A DNA stretch of 64,000 nt from Candidatus Peregrinibacteria bacterium (GCA_043814035.1 JBDRKJ010000002.1:136766-200765), one strand, 5' to 3'. Positions 11,050 through 20,892 are shown, counted from the first letter of the stretch. The notes: a model not told the origin generated them from the sequence alone. Numbers and translations are program-made.

Positions 11050-11172
11050 ATGGAAGAGTTTACATGTGATCTCTGCAGTCAGCCGATCTGCAAACTGTGC
11101 GGCGGGTGCGAATGTGATGAGAATGCCTGCACGTGCGATGTCGCAGAGGAAAAGGACGAAGATGAAGAGTAG
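11050..11172 (+). CDS. 40-aa Cys-rich, metallothionein/zinc-finger-like microprotein (not in ORF track)
   Basis: Manual translation MEEFTCDLCSQPICKLCGGCECDENACTCDVAEEKDEDEE; 8 Cys and an acidic tail; fills an intergenic gap. Confidence 0.7.
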   Translation: MEEFTCDLCSQPICKLCGGCECDENACTCDVAEEKDEDEE

Positions 11173-11190
11173 CCGTGATACACTGTGGCC

Positions 11191-11592
11191 ATGCTGAAGT
11201 TGTTTGTGTTGCTCGCGTTCCTCGCCGCGCAGTTCATCATCACATGGTTTGGCGTTTTTCTCAGTAAGATCCCTCCCCGAGGCACGGTCTTCGGATGGTC
11301 ATACACATCGCCGCTTTTCGGTCTCTTCGTAACACTCATCGCATTCATTTGGATCCCCGTCATTATCAATCTGCTCTACGGACTCGGATTCCAGTGGGGC
11401 AATCGTGCATTTGGGAGTTTTCTCGTGGTGATTTCTCTCTGGATTGCAGCCGCGCCGCTTGCCGCACTGCTCTTCAACTTACTGGTTGTGCGAGAAAAAG
11501 TTGATCTTCCGCTCCTTCTCGGCCTCCTCTGTATCACAATCGGAAGCATTCTCGTCGCTACGCACAGAGAGATCGCTTCACTCTTCTCATAA
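11191..11592 (+). CDS. Small 4-TM membrane protein (DMT/EamA-like)
   Basis: Four hydrophobic segments; ends VVREKVDLPLLLGLLCITIGSIL, typical of DMT-type transporters. Confidence 0.7.
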   Translation: MLKLFVLLAFLAAQFIITWFGVFLSKIPPRGTVFGWSYTSPLFGLFVTLIAFIWIPVIINLLYGLGFQWGNRAFGSFLVVISLWIAAAPLAALLFNLLVVREKVDLPLLLGLLCITIGSILVATHREIASLFS

Positions 11593-11672
11593 GCATTCAC
11601 AGAAAGGAAGAGTAAACTCAAAAGAGCGCCACAGAACCCAGAGAGGTTCCATAACGCTCGATTGAGATTCGA

Positions 11673-12428
11673 TTACTCCAATTCGTAGATCAGCGACACC
11701 GAGACATTCACCTCTTGCTCTCCGGTCGGAACCGCAATGGACGGAAGCGGAGCCCCGCCGCCACCCACGCTCTCCATCATCACATTCGCCTTGCGGTAAT
11801 CCATCGCCGGCACATAGCCGCCCCCCTCAGAGAAACCCTTTAGCCGCTTAATATCTTTGCCCAGCTGATCCGCAAGAAGTTTGGCCTTTGCCTCGGCTTT
11901 CTGAATCGCCTTCGCGCGCGCAGCGGCCTGCAACGTCTCAGGATCATCCATGGTGAAGTCGACTCCGCCGACCTGGTTCACGCCTTCGCTCGTTACTGCA
12001 GCGAGTAGGTCACCAATCTTATCGAGATCCCGCACCTTCACATGCAGAGACTGCATGGCCTGAAACCCACGAGGAATCTGCTGACCATCCTTCCAGTCAT
12101 ACTCTGGTTGAAGCGAGAGAGAGTCCGTTGTGACATCCTTATCTTCGATGCCTTGCTTCTCTACTGCAGCAATGACATCGGCCATTTCTTCACTGAGCAG
12201 CTTCATTGCCTGCTGCGCGGTCGACTGTCGGCCCGTTTTAACTCCAAAGCTCACAACGGCAATATCCGGTGCTGCTGCTGCTTTTCCTGTGGCTTCAACG
12301 GCAATCGTCATCGGTGAGAAGTCACGCTGCTCAATCACCTTACCCGTGAGGTAAAACCCGCCGGCAACTACGATAAGAAAAAACGCAAACCAGCAGTGAG
12401 GCTTACAAGAAGTACATGTATTTTCCAT
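11673..12428 (-). CDS. SIMPL (DUF541) domain protein
   Basis: IAVEATGKAAAAPDIAVVSFGV, ARAKAIQKAEAKAKLLA, PTGEQEVNVSVSLIYEL. Confidence 0.9.
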   Translation of the reverse strand: MENTCTSCKPHCWFAFFLIVVAGGFYLTGKVIEQRDFSPMTIAVEATGKAAAAPDIAVVSFGVKTGRQSTAQQAMKLLSEEMADVIAAVEKQGIEDKDVTTDSLSLQPEYDWKDGQQIPRGFQAMQSLHVKVRDLDKIGDLLAAVTSEGVNQVGGVDFTMDDPETLQAAARAKAIQKAEAKAKLLADQLGKDIKRLKGFSEGGGYVPAMDYRKANVMMESVGGGGAPLPSIAVPTGEQEVNVSVSLIYELE

Positions 12429-12519
12429 GAAGAAAAGAGGGGAAAGGAGCACCATCATATCAGTTTTACTGTAGGGAGAGAAAGGGTCCTATAGGCCCCC
12501 CGTAGAAGCCCTGCGGAAC

Positions 12520-13278
12520 TTATGTGTCTAGGGCGACGTGCTTTTGAAAGCCCTCCTTTTCAAGCCGACGCACGAGTGGCGCGCCGCCACTCTCTACAAT
12601 CTCGCCATTGAGCATAACATGCACGCGATCAGGACGGAGTACACGCAGAAAGCGAATATTGTGTGTGACGAGAACCGCCGCAAAAGATGGATGCCGTTTG
12701 CGCAGATGTTTCAGCCCCTCGGCAACTACCACCAGTGCATCGAGATCAAGTCCAGAATCTGTTTCGTCCAGTAGGGCAAGCTTTGGTTCTAGTACAAGCA
12801 ACTGCAAAACTTCAAGCTTCTTCTTCTCGCCACCCGAAAACCCCTGGTGAACTGAACGATCCTCCCATGCACTGTCCACCTTGAGTAGGGCCATCTCTCG
12901 GGCCAATCGATCATGGAACTCAAGTGGCGCAAGGGATTTGTTCTGTGCAGTAAGCGCAGAGAAAAGAAAATCCCGCACACTCACACCAGCGATTTCTCGA
13001 GGATGTTGAAAAGCAAGAAAGAGCCCTGCCTGCGCCCGTTCGTGAGGAGCAAGGTCAAGCAGGTTCTTGCCACAGAATCGAACAGATCCACGAGTCACCC
13101 GCACTGTTGGATGCCCCATCAATGCGTGAACGAGTGATGACTTTCCTGCTCCGTTCGGCCCCATAATGACATGAAGTTCGCCCGGCAACACCGAGAGCGA
13201 ACATCCACGTACAACCTCCTTCTCTGCAATAGAGACGTGTATACCGCGAACGGAGAGGAGTGGTGAGCGGGATGGCAC
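12520..13278 (-). CDS. sufC: Fe-S cluster assembly ATPase SufC
   Basis: MGPNGAGKSSL, LFLAFQHPREIAGV, GFSGGEKKK, LDETDSGLDLDAL, PDRVHVM. GTG start inferred. Confidence 0.95.
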   Translation of the reverse strand: MPSRSPLLSVRGIHVSIAEKEVVRGCSLSVLPGELHVIMGPNGAGKSSLVHALMGHPTVRVTRGSVRFCGKNLLDLAPHERAQAGLFLAFQHPREIAGVSVRDFLFSALTAQNKSLAPLEFHDRLAREMALLKVDSAWEDRSVHQGFSGGEKKKLEVLQLLVLEPKLALLDETDSGLDLDALVVVAEGLKHLRKRHPSFAAVLVTHNIRFLRVLRPDRVHVMLNGEIVESGGAPLVRRLEKEGFQKHVALDT

Positions 13279-13368
13279 GACACTAGTATCCCTGAGTAGA
13301 TCGCAGTGAGAAAGCAGGTGGGCGAAAAAAGCTTTCGCAATGTAAACCGTGTACTGCATACTGTTCAC

Positions 13369-13650
13369 ATGCCAAAAATCACCTTTCTTCTCAACGGTCA
13401 GGAAAAAGCTGTAGATGCTCAGCCGGATCAGACTATTCTCGAAGTCGCCCAGGCAAACGACATCCCCATAGAGAACGCCTGTGGGGGCAATGGATTCTGT
13501 ATGACGTGTAAGTGCCGCGTGCGCAAGGGCGCAGAGAACCTCAGCCCCTTAAACGAACGCGAAGAAGCTATGGGTCTGGAGGGCGACGAGAGACTCGGCT
13601 GTCAGGCTCTGGTCAAAGGAGACGCCACTGTGGAACCCGAAGCTGCTTAG
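13369..13650 (+). CDS. [2Fe-2S] ferredoxin
   Basis: CGGNGFCMTC...RLGCQ cluster motif; divergent from sufC. Confidence 0.92.
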   Translation: MPKITFLLNGQEKAVDAQPDQTILEVAQANDIPIENACGGNGFCMTCKCRVRKGAENLSPLNEREEAMGLEGDERLGCQALVKGDATVEPEAA

Positions 13651-14456
13651 GCTCTCGCAAGTGCCGAGATTTTCTTCTTCACAGACTCATTGTAGGGTTC
13701 GAGCCGGTTGATGCGGCGATACACATCCTCAGCTTTTTCTGTATGACCCAACTGTAAGTAACACTCAGCCAGTAGGTGGAGAAGTGACGTATCACGGCTC
13801 AGTCGTACAACGGCTTTTTCGAGAAGAGGTGCCGCTTCTTCAAAGCGCTGTGCCGCGATGCAAGCACGACCCAGAGCTGCGCTGCGTTCGGGGGACTTGG
13901 GATCGCGGTTGAGAGCCTCCTGATACGCATGACATGCTTCTACGTATTTGCCCTGCCGATAGTAGGCGAGGCCAAGATTCGCGAAATACGATACATCTTC
14001 TTGATGCTGCAGAAGCTCGCGATACATGGCTTCAGCTTTGTGATCGCGATCTGTAAGTAGATAGAGTTTCGCCAGCTGTGCCTGCACATCGAATGCCTTA
14101 GGATTGATCGTAAGTGCTTGAATAAAGGAGCGTTCTGCTTCCTCAAATTTCATCTGCGCAGAAGCCTTTTCCGCTTCGCGTGTGAGGGAACGAACCTGCT
14201 GCATTTCGATGGCAGAAACACGCGGACTCTTGCGTGGCTTTTCAATTTTTGTTTCTTCGAGGATCACCGCTCCACGCTCTTCGGCAGACTCTGTGCGCTG
14301 AGAGATGCTACGTACAAAACGACGGATTACATGATGACGGACGAGCACGCGCCCGCCCAGGATCAGGCAGATACCGAGGAGTGAGCCGAAGAGAACGTAG
14401 ACATAAATCAAGTGACGGAAAAGGCTAGCATCCGGCTCCCTCTTTGAGCAAGACAA
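13647..14456 (-). CDS. Membrane-anchored tetratricopeptide repeat protein
   Basis: N-terminal TM; TPR motifs NLGLAYYRQGKYVEA and LAECYLQLGHTEKAE. Start uncertain. Confidence 0.85.
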   Translation of the reverse strand: MSCSKREPDASLFRHLIYVYVLFGSLLGICLILGGRVLVRHHVIRRFVRSISQRTESAEERGAVILEETKIEKPRKSPRVSAIEMQQVRSLTREAEKASAQMKFEEAERSFIQALTINPKAFDVQAQLAKLYLLTDRDHKAEAMYRELLQHQEDVSYFANLGLAYYRQGKYVEACHAYQEALNRDPKSPERSAALGRACIAAQRFEEAAPLLEKAVVRLSRDTSLLHLLAECYLQLGHTEKAEDVYRRINRLEPYNESVKKKISALARA

Positions 14457-14471
14457 TGAAGGAGGAAACCG

Positions 14472-15434
14472 TCAAGAAACCTTCATACCAAAGCGCTGAA
14501 CGATAATGCCCCGGTGAGCGTTGGTGCGTAATCCTGCGGCAAGTTCGTGCAACGCATCAACGGACTGCCGAGGCGGCGGCATGTGCTCGCGAAGTGCCAA
14601 CGCGAGATGAAGAAGTAGTTGATCGGCTTCCGCTCCCCGCTTCAGGAGTGGATCAAGAATCTGCAATCTCTCTTTAAGAGAGCGCGTGCGCCAGAACGAT
14701 ATCGCTTTGGAGTGGATCAGGCGATGGGCACGCAATGCCTCGGGATCTACCTTGAGCTCCTGTGCAATACCGGGTGCACCCTGCGCGAGATGAAGAATGA
14801 ATTGTTGATCTTCGTCCTCCACGCCCTTAAGAAGAGGGAGAAGTTCTGAATGAGAAAGCGGATGGAGCCGCAGAACACGCATGCGCGACACAATAGTGGA
14901 TGGTAATGAGGCCAGTGACTGTGTTGTGAAAAGAAATACGAGTGATGGAGGAGGCTCTTCGAGAATCTTGAGAAGGGCATTCGCCGCCTCGGATTGCATG
15001 CGCTCTGCCGATCGAATAATGCAGCAGCGATAGCGTCCTGAAGCTGTTTCTTGCAGGCGCTCCTGCAGCGCACGAATATCGTCGATGCCGATCGTATCGG
15101 TCTTCACATTTTTCTTTGCGCGCTCCTGCTGCGGAGCATTGGATGTTTGCGCAATCACTGACCAATCTTCGCACTGATCGGCAATCCACAATTGATCGAG
15201 AACAAAAAGATCGGAGTGCATTATACGTTCGCAGTCATGCTGAATACGTTCCAAAGCTTCGAGGGGTTTATCGACAGAAAGGAGCTTGGTTGCGTACCAC
15301 CGTGCCAATGTCATCTTCCCCAGATGTCGAGGGCCTGCAAAGAGATAGGCATGACTGACGTTGCCGGTCTCAAGATCGCGTTCCAGTTCTGCTACGACAG
15401 TGCTGTGGCCAATGAAATCTTCAGGATGAGGCAT
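14472..15434 (-). CDS. holB: DNA polymerase III subunit delta'
   Basis: SHAYLFAGPRHLGK, IGIDDIRAL, AANALLKILEEPP, TIVSR. Confidence 0.9.
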   Translation of the reverse strand: MPHPEDFIGHSTVVAELERDLETGNVSHAYLFAGPRHLGKMTLARWYATKLLSVDKPLEALERIQHDCERIMHSDLFVLDQLWIADQCEDWSVIAQTSNAPQQERAKKNVKTDTIGIDDIRALQERLQETASGRYRCCIIRSAERMQSEAANALLKILEEPPPSLVFLFTTQSLASLPSTIVSRMRVLRLHPLSHSELLPLLKGVEDEDQQFILHLAQGAPGIAQELKVDPEALRAHRLIHSKAISFWRTRSLKERLQILDPLLKRGAEADQLLLHLALALREHMPPPRQSVDALHELAAGLRTNAHRGIIVQRFGMKVS

Positions 15435-15547
15435 GGGTGAGCTATGGTAGCACTAGATAAGGCCATAAACTGAAGAATTTGAGAGTGAGGAGAATCCATG
15501 GGTAAGTGATTGACTAATAGAGAATATGATTATTTAATCGAATTCTA

Positions 15548-16405
15548 ATGAGCCAGGGTGAGAACCTACAGGCAGTCGTTGAAGAAGCCCTATCTGAGCG
15601 AAGAAATCCCCTAACGGTAAACCTGGCCGGCGATGCAGATGGTCAGAAGGAAGCAATGCGCGCACTGCTCGATCGGCAGCCCGGGCTCGTTATCACAATG
15701 CAATATGCTCGCATGTTGGGGATGCTGCATCAATTGGGTTTGCTCAATGTAGATAGTCTTTTACTAAATAAGTTACGTCCCAATGCTATCAAGGAGAGTT
15801 TCTCGAGGAAGCAATTGGATCTTTCTGTCTCTCCCATATTTCGGTGCCCCACCTTCTTGCTCGTCCCTCCCGCGCGCTTTACGGAATTTGTGAGCGCAAT
15901 TGACCAGAACAAATTGCAGGGACAAAACCCCACCTATCTCGATGATACGATGAGGAATGAACCAGAAGGTGAAATGCAACAGGGTTGGGTACCGGTCATT
16001 TTGGAAGGAGCACAGGGAGCGCATGTCGGATCGGAATTATCTGCCAGCCCCCCCTCGGGAGAAAATCTTGGGGAATTCGTAGAGCGCATTCGAACAGCGC
16101 GCCGCGAAACCAGCGAGCACCTTCAAGGTATTGACCGACGCACGTACGCCATGCTGATGTTGACATCGATGATGCGCGCAAAAAATCCTTCAGAGCTCAT
16201 CGATACGAAAACTTCTACAATTCTTGACGCAGAACCTGTATTGAATTTGCAGAAAGAGGTACACAAAGGAATTCCCATTGGGAAATACTGGAGAGAAGGT
16301 GACCAGGTACGGTTCTCCATGTACGACACATTTGGAGTCGGAGAAGATTTTCCAGAGGGAGGACATTGGATGCGACACGCAGTGGTAGGACAGGCAATTC
16401 AATAA
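15548..16405 (+). CDS. Hypothetical protein
   Basis: 285-aa ORF preceded by TTGACT-17-TTTAAT. Confidence 0.7.
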   Translation: MSQGENLQAVVEEALSERRNPLTVNLAGDADGQKEAMRALLDRQPGLVITMQYARMLGMLHQLGLLNVDSLLLNKLRPNAIKESFSRKQLDLSVSPIFRCPTFLLVPPARFTEFVSAIDQNKLQGQNPTYLDDTMRNEPEGEMQQGWVPVILEGAQGAHVGSELSASPPSGENLGEFVERIRTARRETSEHLQGIDRRTYAMLMLTSMMRAKNPSELIDTKTSTILDAEPVLNLQKEVHKGIPIGKYWREGDQVRFSMYDTFGVGEDFPEGGHWMRHAVVGQAIQ

Positions 16406-16459
16406 ACCTCATCTACAGTACCTACAGATCAAAATTATGTTCTCCTTGAAAAATTCTAT

Positions 16460-19171
16460 CTACACTCCAGCGCCGTGACACTTCTTGTACTTCTTGCCGC
16501 TTCCACACGGACAGGAATCATTACGACCGACTTTGGCAACCGCCATTGGGCGAGCGGAGGGAGCAGCGACGGGCATACGGGCAATAGGAGAATCTGCAGA
16601 GGCAGCCGCAGCCGCTGAAGCTACACCAGTCTGTGTGAGTTCTGCAGCAATCTCATCTTCGTTCGTCTGTAGATTCTGCAGCTCCTCCTGCTGTTCCTCG
16701 AAAGTGATACGAGCCGCAAACTGTGCAAAATCGATCTGCAGGAGTGTACGCACGATGGTAGAATCGATAGTGGCGATGAGCTGCTGGAATCGTCGAAATC
16801 CCTGATCCTTGTACTCAATGAGTGGGTCACGCTGTGCATAGCCCGCGAATGCCACCTGCTCCCGCAGGTGCGACATGTCGTCAATGTGATCCATCCAATG
16901 TGTATCAATGGAGCGGAGCGTGATGATACGTTCGGCTTGTGCAATTGTGGCAGGCTGCTCCTCTCGGCACTTGGCCTCGTAGAAGGCCTGAATGAGCTTC
17001 ACAAGAGCTGCTGTCAGCTCGTCTGTGGAAGAGAACGACCGAAGTTTCTCTTCTGTTGCGACCTCGGTGAGAGCGGGGTGCAGCGCCGCGAGGCTCTCGA
17101 TGATTTCTTTAAGGTTCCACTCACTCGGATCAATGTTCGCTGCATGCACAGCTGTAAGGGCATGCATCTCTGTTTCAATCGCTGTAAGAATATCCTTATG
17201 GAGAGGTTGGGATTCGACGGCTTCTTCGGGAACATTGTCAGCGACAGCAAGGCGTTCGAGGATTTTCTGTCGACGTGTATAGATGATTTGGCGGTGCTTG
17301 TTCATGACATCGTCGTACCGCACCACGTGACGACGAATGTCGAAGTTATGTCCTTCCACTTTCTTCTGTGCTCCTTCGATAGAACGAGAAACCATCCCAT
17401 TCTCGAGTGGAACGTCATCGGGCACCTTAAGCCGCTCCATGAGCCCTTTTAATCGATCGCCACCGAAGAGACGCATGAGATCATCTTCCATTGAAACGAA
17501 GAATTGGGTCTCGCCAGAATCTCCCTGACGGCCGGAGCGTCCACGCAACTGGTTGTCGATACGTCGTGCCTCGTGACGTTCAGTGCCGAGAATGCAAAGA
17601 CCGCCGATGGAGGCAACCTCGGACCCGAGTTTGATATCCGTACCACGACCGGCCATGTTGGTGGCAATCGTGATCGTGCCTCGCTCACCTGCCTTCGCCA
17701 CGATTTCTGCTTCCTTTTCATGATGCTTTGCATTGAGCACCTGATGCGGAATTTTTTCCTGTTCCAAAAGCATGCTCATCGCCTCGGATTTCTCAATAGA
17801 CGTTGTACCAATAAGCACAGGTTGCCCTTTTTCATACTTCTCTTTGGCAATGACAGCTACAGCCTTGAATTTCGCTTCTACTGTTCGATAAATCGCGTCG
17901 GCCTTATCATCACGCACCATGGGTTTATTGGTGGGGACGATAACAACCTTCAGTTTGTAGATCGTCTCGAATTCTTCCTCCTCTGTCTTGGCCGTACCGG
18001 TCATGCCTGCGAGTTTCGAGAATATGCGGAAGTAGTTCTGGAACGTAATGGTGGCGAGCGTTTTTGATTCGCGCTGTACCTCCACGTTCTCTTTGGCTTC
18101 GATTGCCTGATGGAGTCCGTGACTGTAACGGCGACCCTCCATAAGCCGACCCGTGAACTCATCGACGATGATGATCTCACCCTCCTTCACCACATAATCC
18201 ACATCACGTTGGTACATAGCATGTGCACGCAAAGCTTGTTCGATGTGATGCACCTCGGCAAACCCCTTCTCTGTGTAAATATTTTCAAGCCCGAGGAGTT
18301 GTTCCATTTTCTTCACGCCTTCTTCTGTGAGCACAGCCGTCTTCTGCTTCTCGTCTTTGTTGTAATCCACATTCTCGACGAGCTGCCCCACTAGTAGTGA
18401 GTACTGGCGATACTTATCGGTAGATTCCCCTGCAGGCTGACTGATGATGAGCGGCGTACGTGCCTCATCGATAAGAATCGAGTCTACTTCGTCCACAATG
18501 GCGTAATGAAGGCCGCGCTGCACCTGACGATGGAGAGAGGTCACCATGTTGTCACGTAGATAGTCGAAACCGAACTCGTTGTTCGTTCCGTAGGTGACAT
18601 CACAGGCATAGGCCGCCTTGCGCTCGTCATTGGATTTTTCGTGGACGATGATACCCACCGTGAGGCCGAGCGCCTCGTACAGTATGCCCATCCATGTGGC
18701 ATCGCGTTTGGCGAGGTAATCGTTGACGGTGATGACATGCACTCCTTTTCCGGCGAGGGCATTGAGGTACACCGACATGGTGCAGACGAGCGTTTTTCCC
18801 TCTCCCGTCTTCATTTCAGAAATATTGCCCTGATGTAGCACGACTCCGCCAAGCACCTGTACGTCAAACGGCACCATGTTCCATACAAATTCCTGCTTGC
18901 CCAAACTTGCTTTTTTTCCTGATTCCTTGAGAAGTTCGCAGGCACGAATAACTGTGGCGAATGTCTCGGGCAAAAGTGCGTCGAGGGTTTCGCCCTTCGT
19001 GATGCGATCTCTGAATTCCTGTGTCTTCTGCGGGAGCGACTCGAGAGTGAGCGATTGAATGGCATCGGTCGCATGCTGTTTCTTCACGCGTTCGACGACG
19101 GGCCGGAGCTTCTTGAGCTCCTTCTCATTCGGATCGCCAAGAAACTTGTTCATGAAATCAATGACACCCAT
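16460..19171 (-). CDS. secA: Preprotein translocase ATPase SecA
   Basis: MKTGEGKT, VDEVDSILIDEARTPLIIS, ATNMAGRGTDI, C-terminal SEC-C motif GRNDSCPCGSGKKYKKCHG. Confidence 0.99.
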   Translation of the reverse strand: MGVIDFMNKFLGDPNEKELKKLRPVVERVKKQHATDAIQSLTLESLPQKTQEFRDRITKGETLDALLPETFATVIRACELLKESGKKASLGKQEFVWNMVPFDVQVLGGVVLHQGNISEMKTGEGKTLVCTMSVYLNALAGKGVHVITVNDYLAKRDATWMGILYEALGLTVGIIVHEKSNDERKAAYACDVTYGTNNEFGFDYLRDNMVTSLHRQVQRGLHYAIVDEVDSILIDEARTPLIISQPAGESTDKYRQYSLLVGQLVENVDYNKDEKQKTAVLTEEGVKKMEQLLGLENIYTEKGFAEVHHIEQALRAHAMYQRDVDYVVKEGEIIIVDEFTGRLMEGRRYSHGLHQAIEAKENVEVQRESKTLATITFQNYFRIFSKLAGMTGTAKTEEEEFETIYKLKVVIVPTNKPMVRDDKADAIYRTVEAKFKAVAVIAKEKYEKGQPVLIGTTSIEKSEAMSMLLEQEKIPHQVLNAKHHEKEAEIVAKAGERGTITIATNMAGRGTDIKLGSEVASIGGLCILGTERHEARRIDNQLRGRSGRQGDSGETQFFVSMEDDLMRLFGGDRLKGLMERLKVPDDVPLENGMVSRSIEGAQKKVEGHNFDIRRHVVRYDDVMNKHRQIIYTRRQKILERLAVADNVPEEAVESQPLHKDILTAIETEMHALTAVHAANIDPSEWNLKEIIESLAALHPALTEVATEEKLRSFSSTDELTAALVKLIQAFYEAKCREEQPATIAQAERIITLRSIDTHWMDHIDDMSHLREQVAFAGYAQRDPLIEYKDQGFRRFQQLIATIDSTIVRTLLQIDFAQFAARITFEEQQEELQNLQTNEDEIAAELTQTGVASAAAAASADSPIARMPVAAPSARPMAVAKVGRNDSCPCGSGKKYKKCHGAGV

Positions 19172-19261
19172 GTTCGGGAGCTGAGGATAGCAGACGCAGC
19201 GCGATCTTCTAAAGGAAAGGAGTGGCTTTTCACCTCGGCGAAACCTTCAGGCGAAGCAGGG

Positions 19262-19870
19262 CTACCACCCACGACCATACCACGGCTCCAAGAGATTCTG
19301 CGTATAGGATCGACTGCTAAGGAATGAGGGCAGCACATCCGTAATAGGTTGAAGTATGAGGGAAGTGAGTTGCTTCTCTCGAAAAAGATCTCTGTGCTCA
19401 GGAATGAGCTCGCCAGCCCACACCGCCCCTTGTGGCACCTGCTGTAAAAACACATCGGTCGTGAGGTGCACCGCCTCTGGCCAGAGTGCAACAAAGGAGC
19501 CAAAACCCCGTACGAAGAGCTCTTGCTTTTTGGTGGAGTGGAGCCACACAAAGTCTTGATCAGATGCACGGGCCTGCAAGAGATCGCTGATGTGAATCCC
19601 TGTCCCTGAAATCTTCAGTTGATGAATGAGCGTATTCGCAAACCCCACGACTACTCGCAAACTCATGAACCCGCCCGGGCCGATAACGCAGGCCACATGT
19701 GTGAGATCCTCTGTCTTCCATCCCGCACTGCTGAGGATCTTCTCAAAGAACGGAACCAACTCGTGATCGTCAATACGGTGATCAACTGGTTCTGAGGCAA
19801 CAACGGAACGTTCGTCGCAGCAGGCAATCAATCCATTATGGCTGGCCAGATCGATGTAGAGAATACGCAT
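19262..19870 (-). CDS. tsaB: tRNA t6A biosynthesis protein TsaB
   Basis: MRILYIDLAS, GPGGFMSLRV (GPGSFTGLR-like), C-terminal LEPWY. Confidence 0.85.
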   Translation of the reverse strand: MRILYIDLASHNGLIACCDERSVVASEPVDHRIDDHELVPFFEKILSSAGWKTEDLTHVACVIGPGGFMSLRVVVGFANTLIHQLKISGTGIHISDLLQARASDQDFVWLHSTKKQELFVRGFGSFVALWPEAVHLTTDVFLQQVPQGAVWAGELIPEHRDLFREKQLTSLILQPITDVLPSFLSSRSYTQNLLEPWYGRGW

Positions 19871-19886
19871 GGAAGAGTTCAGATTA

Positions 19887-19928
19887 CAGCTTAAAGCTAC
19901 AAGCTAAAAGCTATAAGCTACCAGCTGA
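19887..19928 (+). repeat. 7-mer tandem array (AAGCTAN x6)
   Basis: cagctta aagctac aagctaa aagctat aagctac cagctga, in the tsaB/GT2 divergent intergenic region. Confidence 0.85.
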
Positions 19929-19931
19929 CCA

Positions 19932-20837
19932 ATGTCTTCCCTCTCCGTCGTCATCCCCACGTTCCGGCGACCAAATATCCTCAGGCTCTGCCTGAAGTGT
20001 CTTGAGGCACAGACTATCGCCGATGAGCTCGAAGTGATCGTGGTGAGCGACGGCCCTGACCCCGAAACAGCAAAGGTATTCCAAGGTCCTACAAGCTATC
20101 AGCTGCAAGCTATCAGCTACCTCGAAATCTCCAAATCGCAACAAGGTGCGGCACGGAACGCCGGTGTGAAGCGGGCCACTGCCCCATTCACTCTCTTTAT
20201 CGGTGATGACATTTTGTTGGATCGAAGCGCTTGCCAGCGACATCTTGAATGTCATGGTGAGCGTAGTCGAACCATGACTCAGAACTTTCATCCATCACCC
20301 TTCGACTACGCTCAGGGTGACATGGCTGTTCTCGGATTCACCACGTGGGATCCCGTCGTCGAAATTACCCCTGTCATGCACTGGCTTGAGCGAAGCGGAT
20401 GGCAATTCGGGTATCCAAAGATCGCGAAGTACGCGCACAACTTCCTGCCAAAGAGAATTCAGGAACGATTCACCTACACCAGTAACATCAGCGTTCCCAC
20501 AGACACCGCACGAACATTTCGTTTTCGTGAAGATATGACCCTCTATGGCTGGGAAGATGTGGAATGGGGGCTGAGAATGAAGCAGGCAGGTATTCGTCTG
20601 TACTACGAACCAGATGCCAAAGCACTGCACCACCACCACATGACACTGCAAGATTCTCTCAGGCGGGCAGAGACGCTCGGCCAATCTCTTGTGGAACTCG
20701 CACATATGAATTCGGCCTTCCGATCGAACCTCGCTCCGTGGCGCCTTCTGTCCCAACGCGCACGATCATTGTTGCCAACAATGGCAGGAAAACATCGCCG
20801 CGCCTTCCTGCGGGGAATGAAGCAAGCGAATCATTGA
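19932..20837 (+). CDS. Family 2 glycosyltransferase
   Basis: LSVVIPTFRR, IVVSDG, ARNAGV, LFIGDD, YGWEDVEWGLR; carries two in-frame repeat-derived inserts. Confidence 0.92.
   Translation: MSSLSVVIPTFRRPNILRLCLKCLEAQTIADELEVIVVSDGPDPETAKVFQGPTSYQLQAISYLEISKSQQGAARNAGVKRATAPFTLFIGDDILLDRSACQRHLECHGERSRTMTQNFHPSPFDYAQGDMAVLGFTTWDPVVEITPVMHWLERSGWQFGYPKIAKYAHNFLPKRIQERFTYTSNISVPTDTARTFRFREDMTLYGWEDVEWGLRMKQAGIRLYYEPDAKALHHHHMTLQDSLRRAETLGQSLVELAHMNSAFRSNLAPWRLLSQRARSLLPTMAGKHRRAFLRGMKQANH
20250..20323. repeat. REP-like palindromic pair translated in-frame within the GT2 gene
   Basis: Arms are exact reverse complements of 941-966 and 974-1002. Confidence 0.9.
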
Positions 20838-20892
20838 TAAATCATCCCTGCGATGAGCCGAACAGCGATGGGTCATGGTATGCTGCGAGCCC

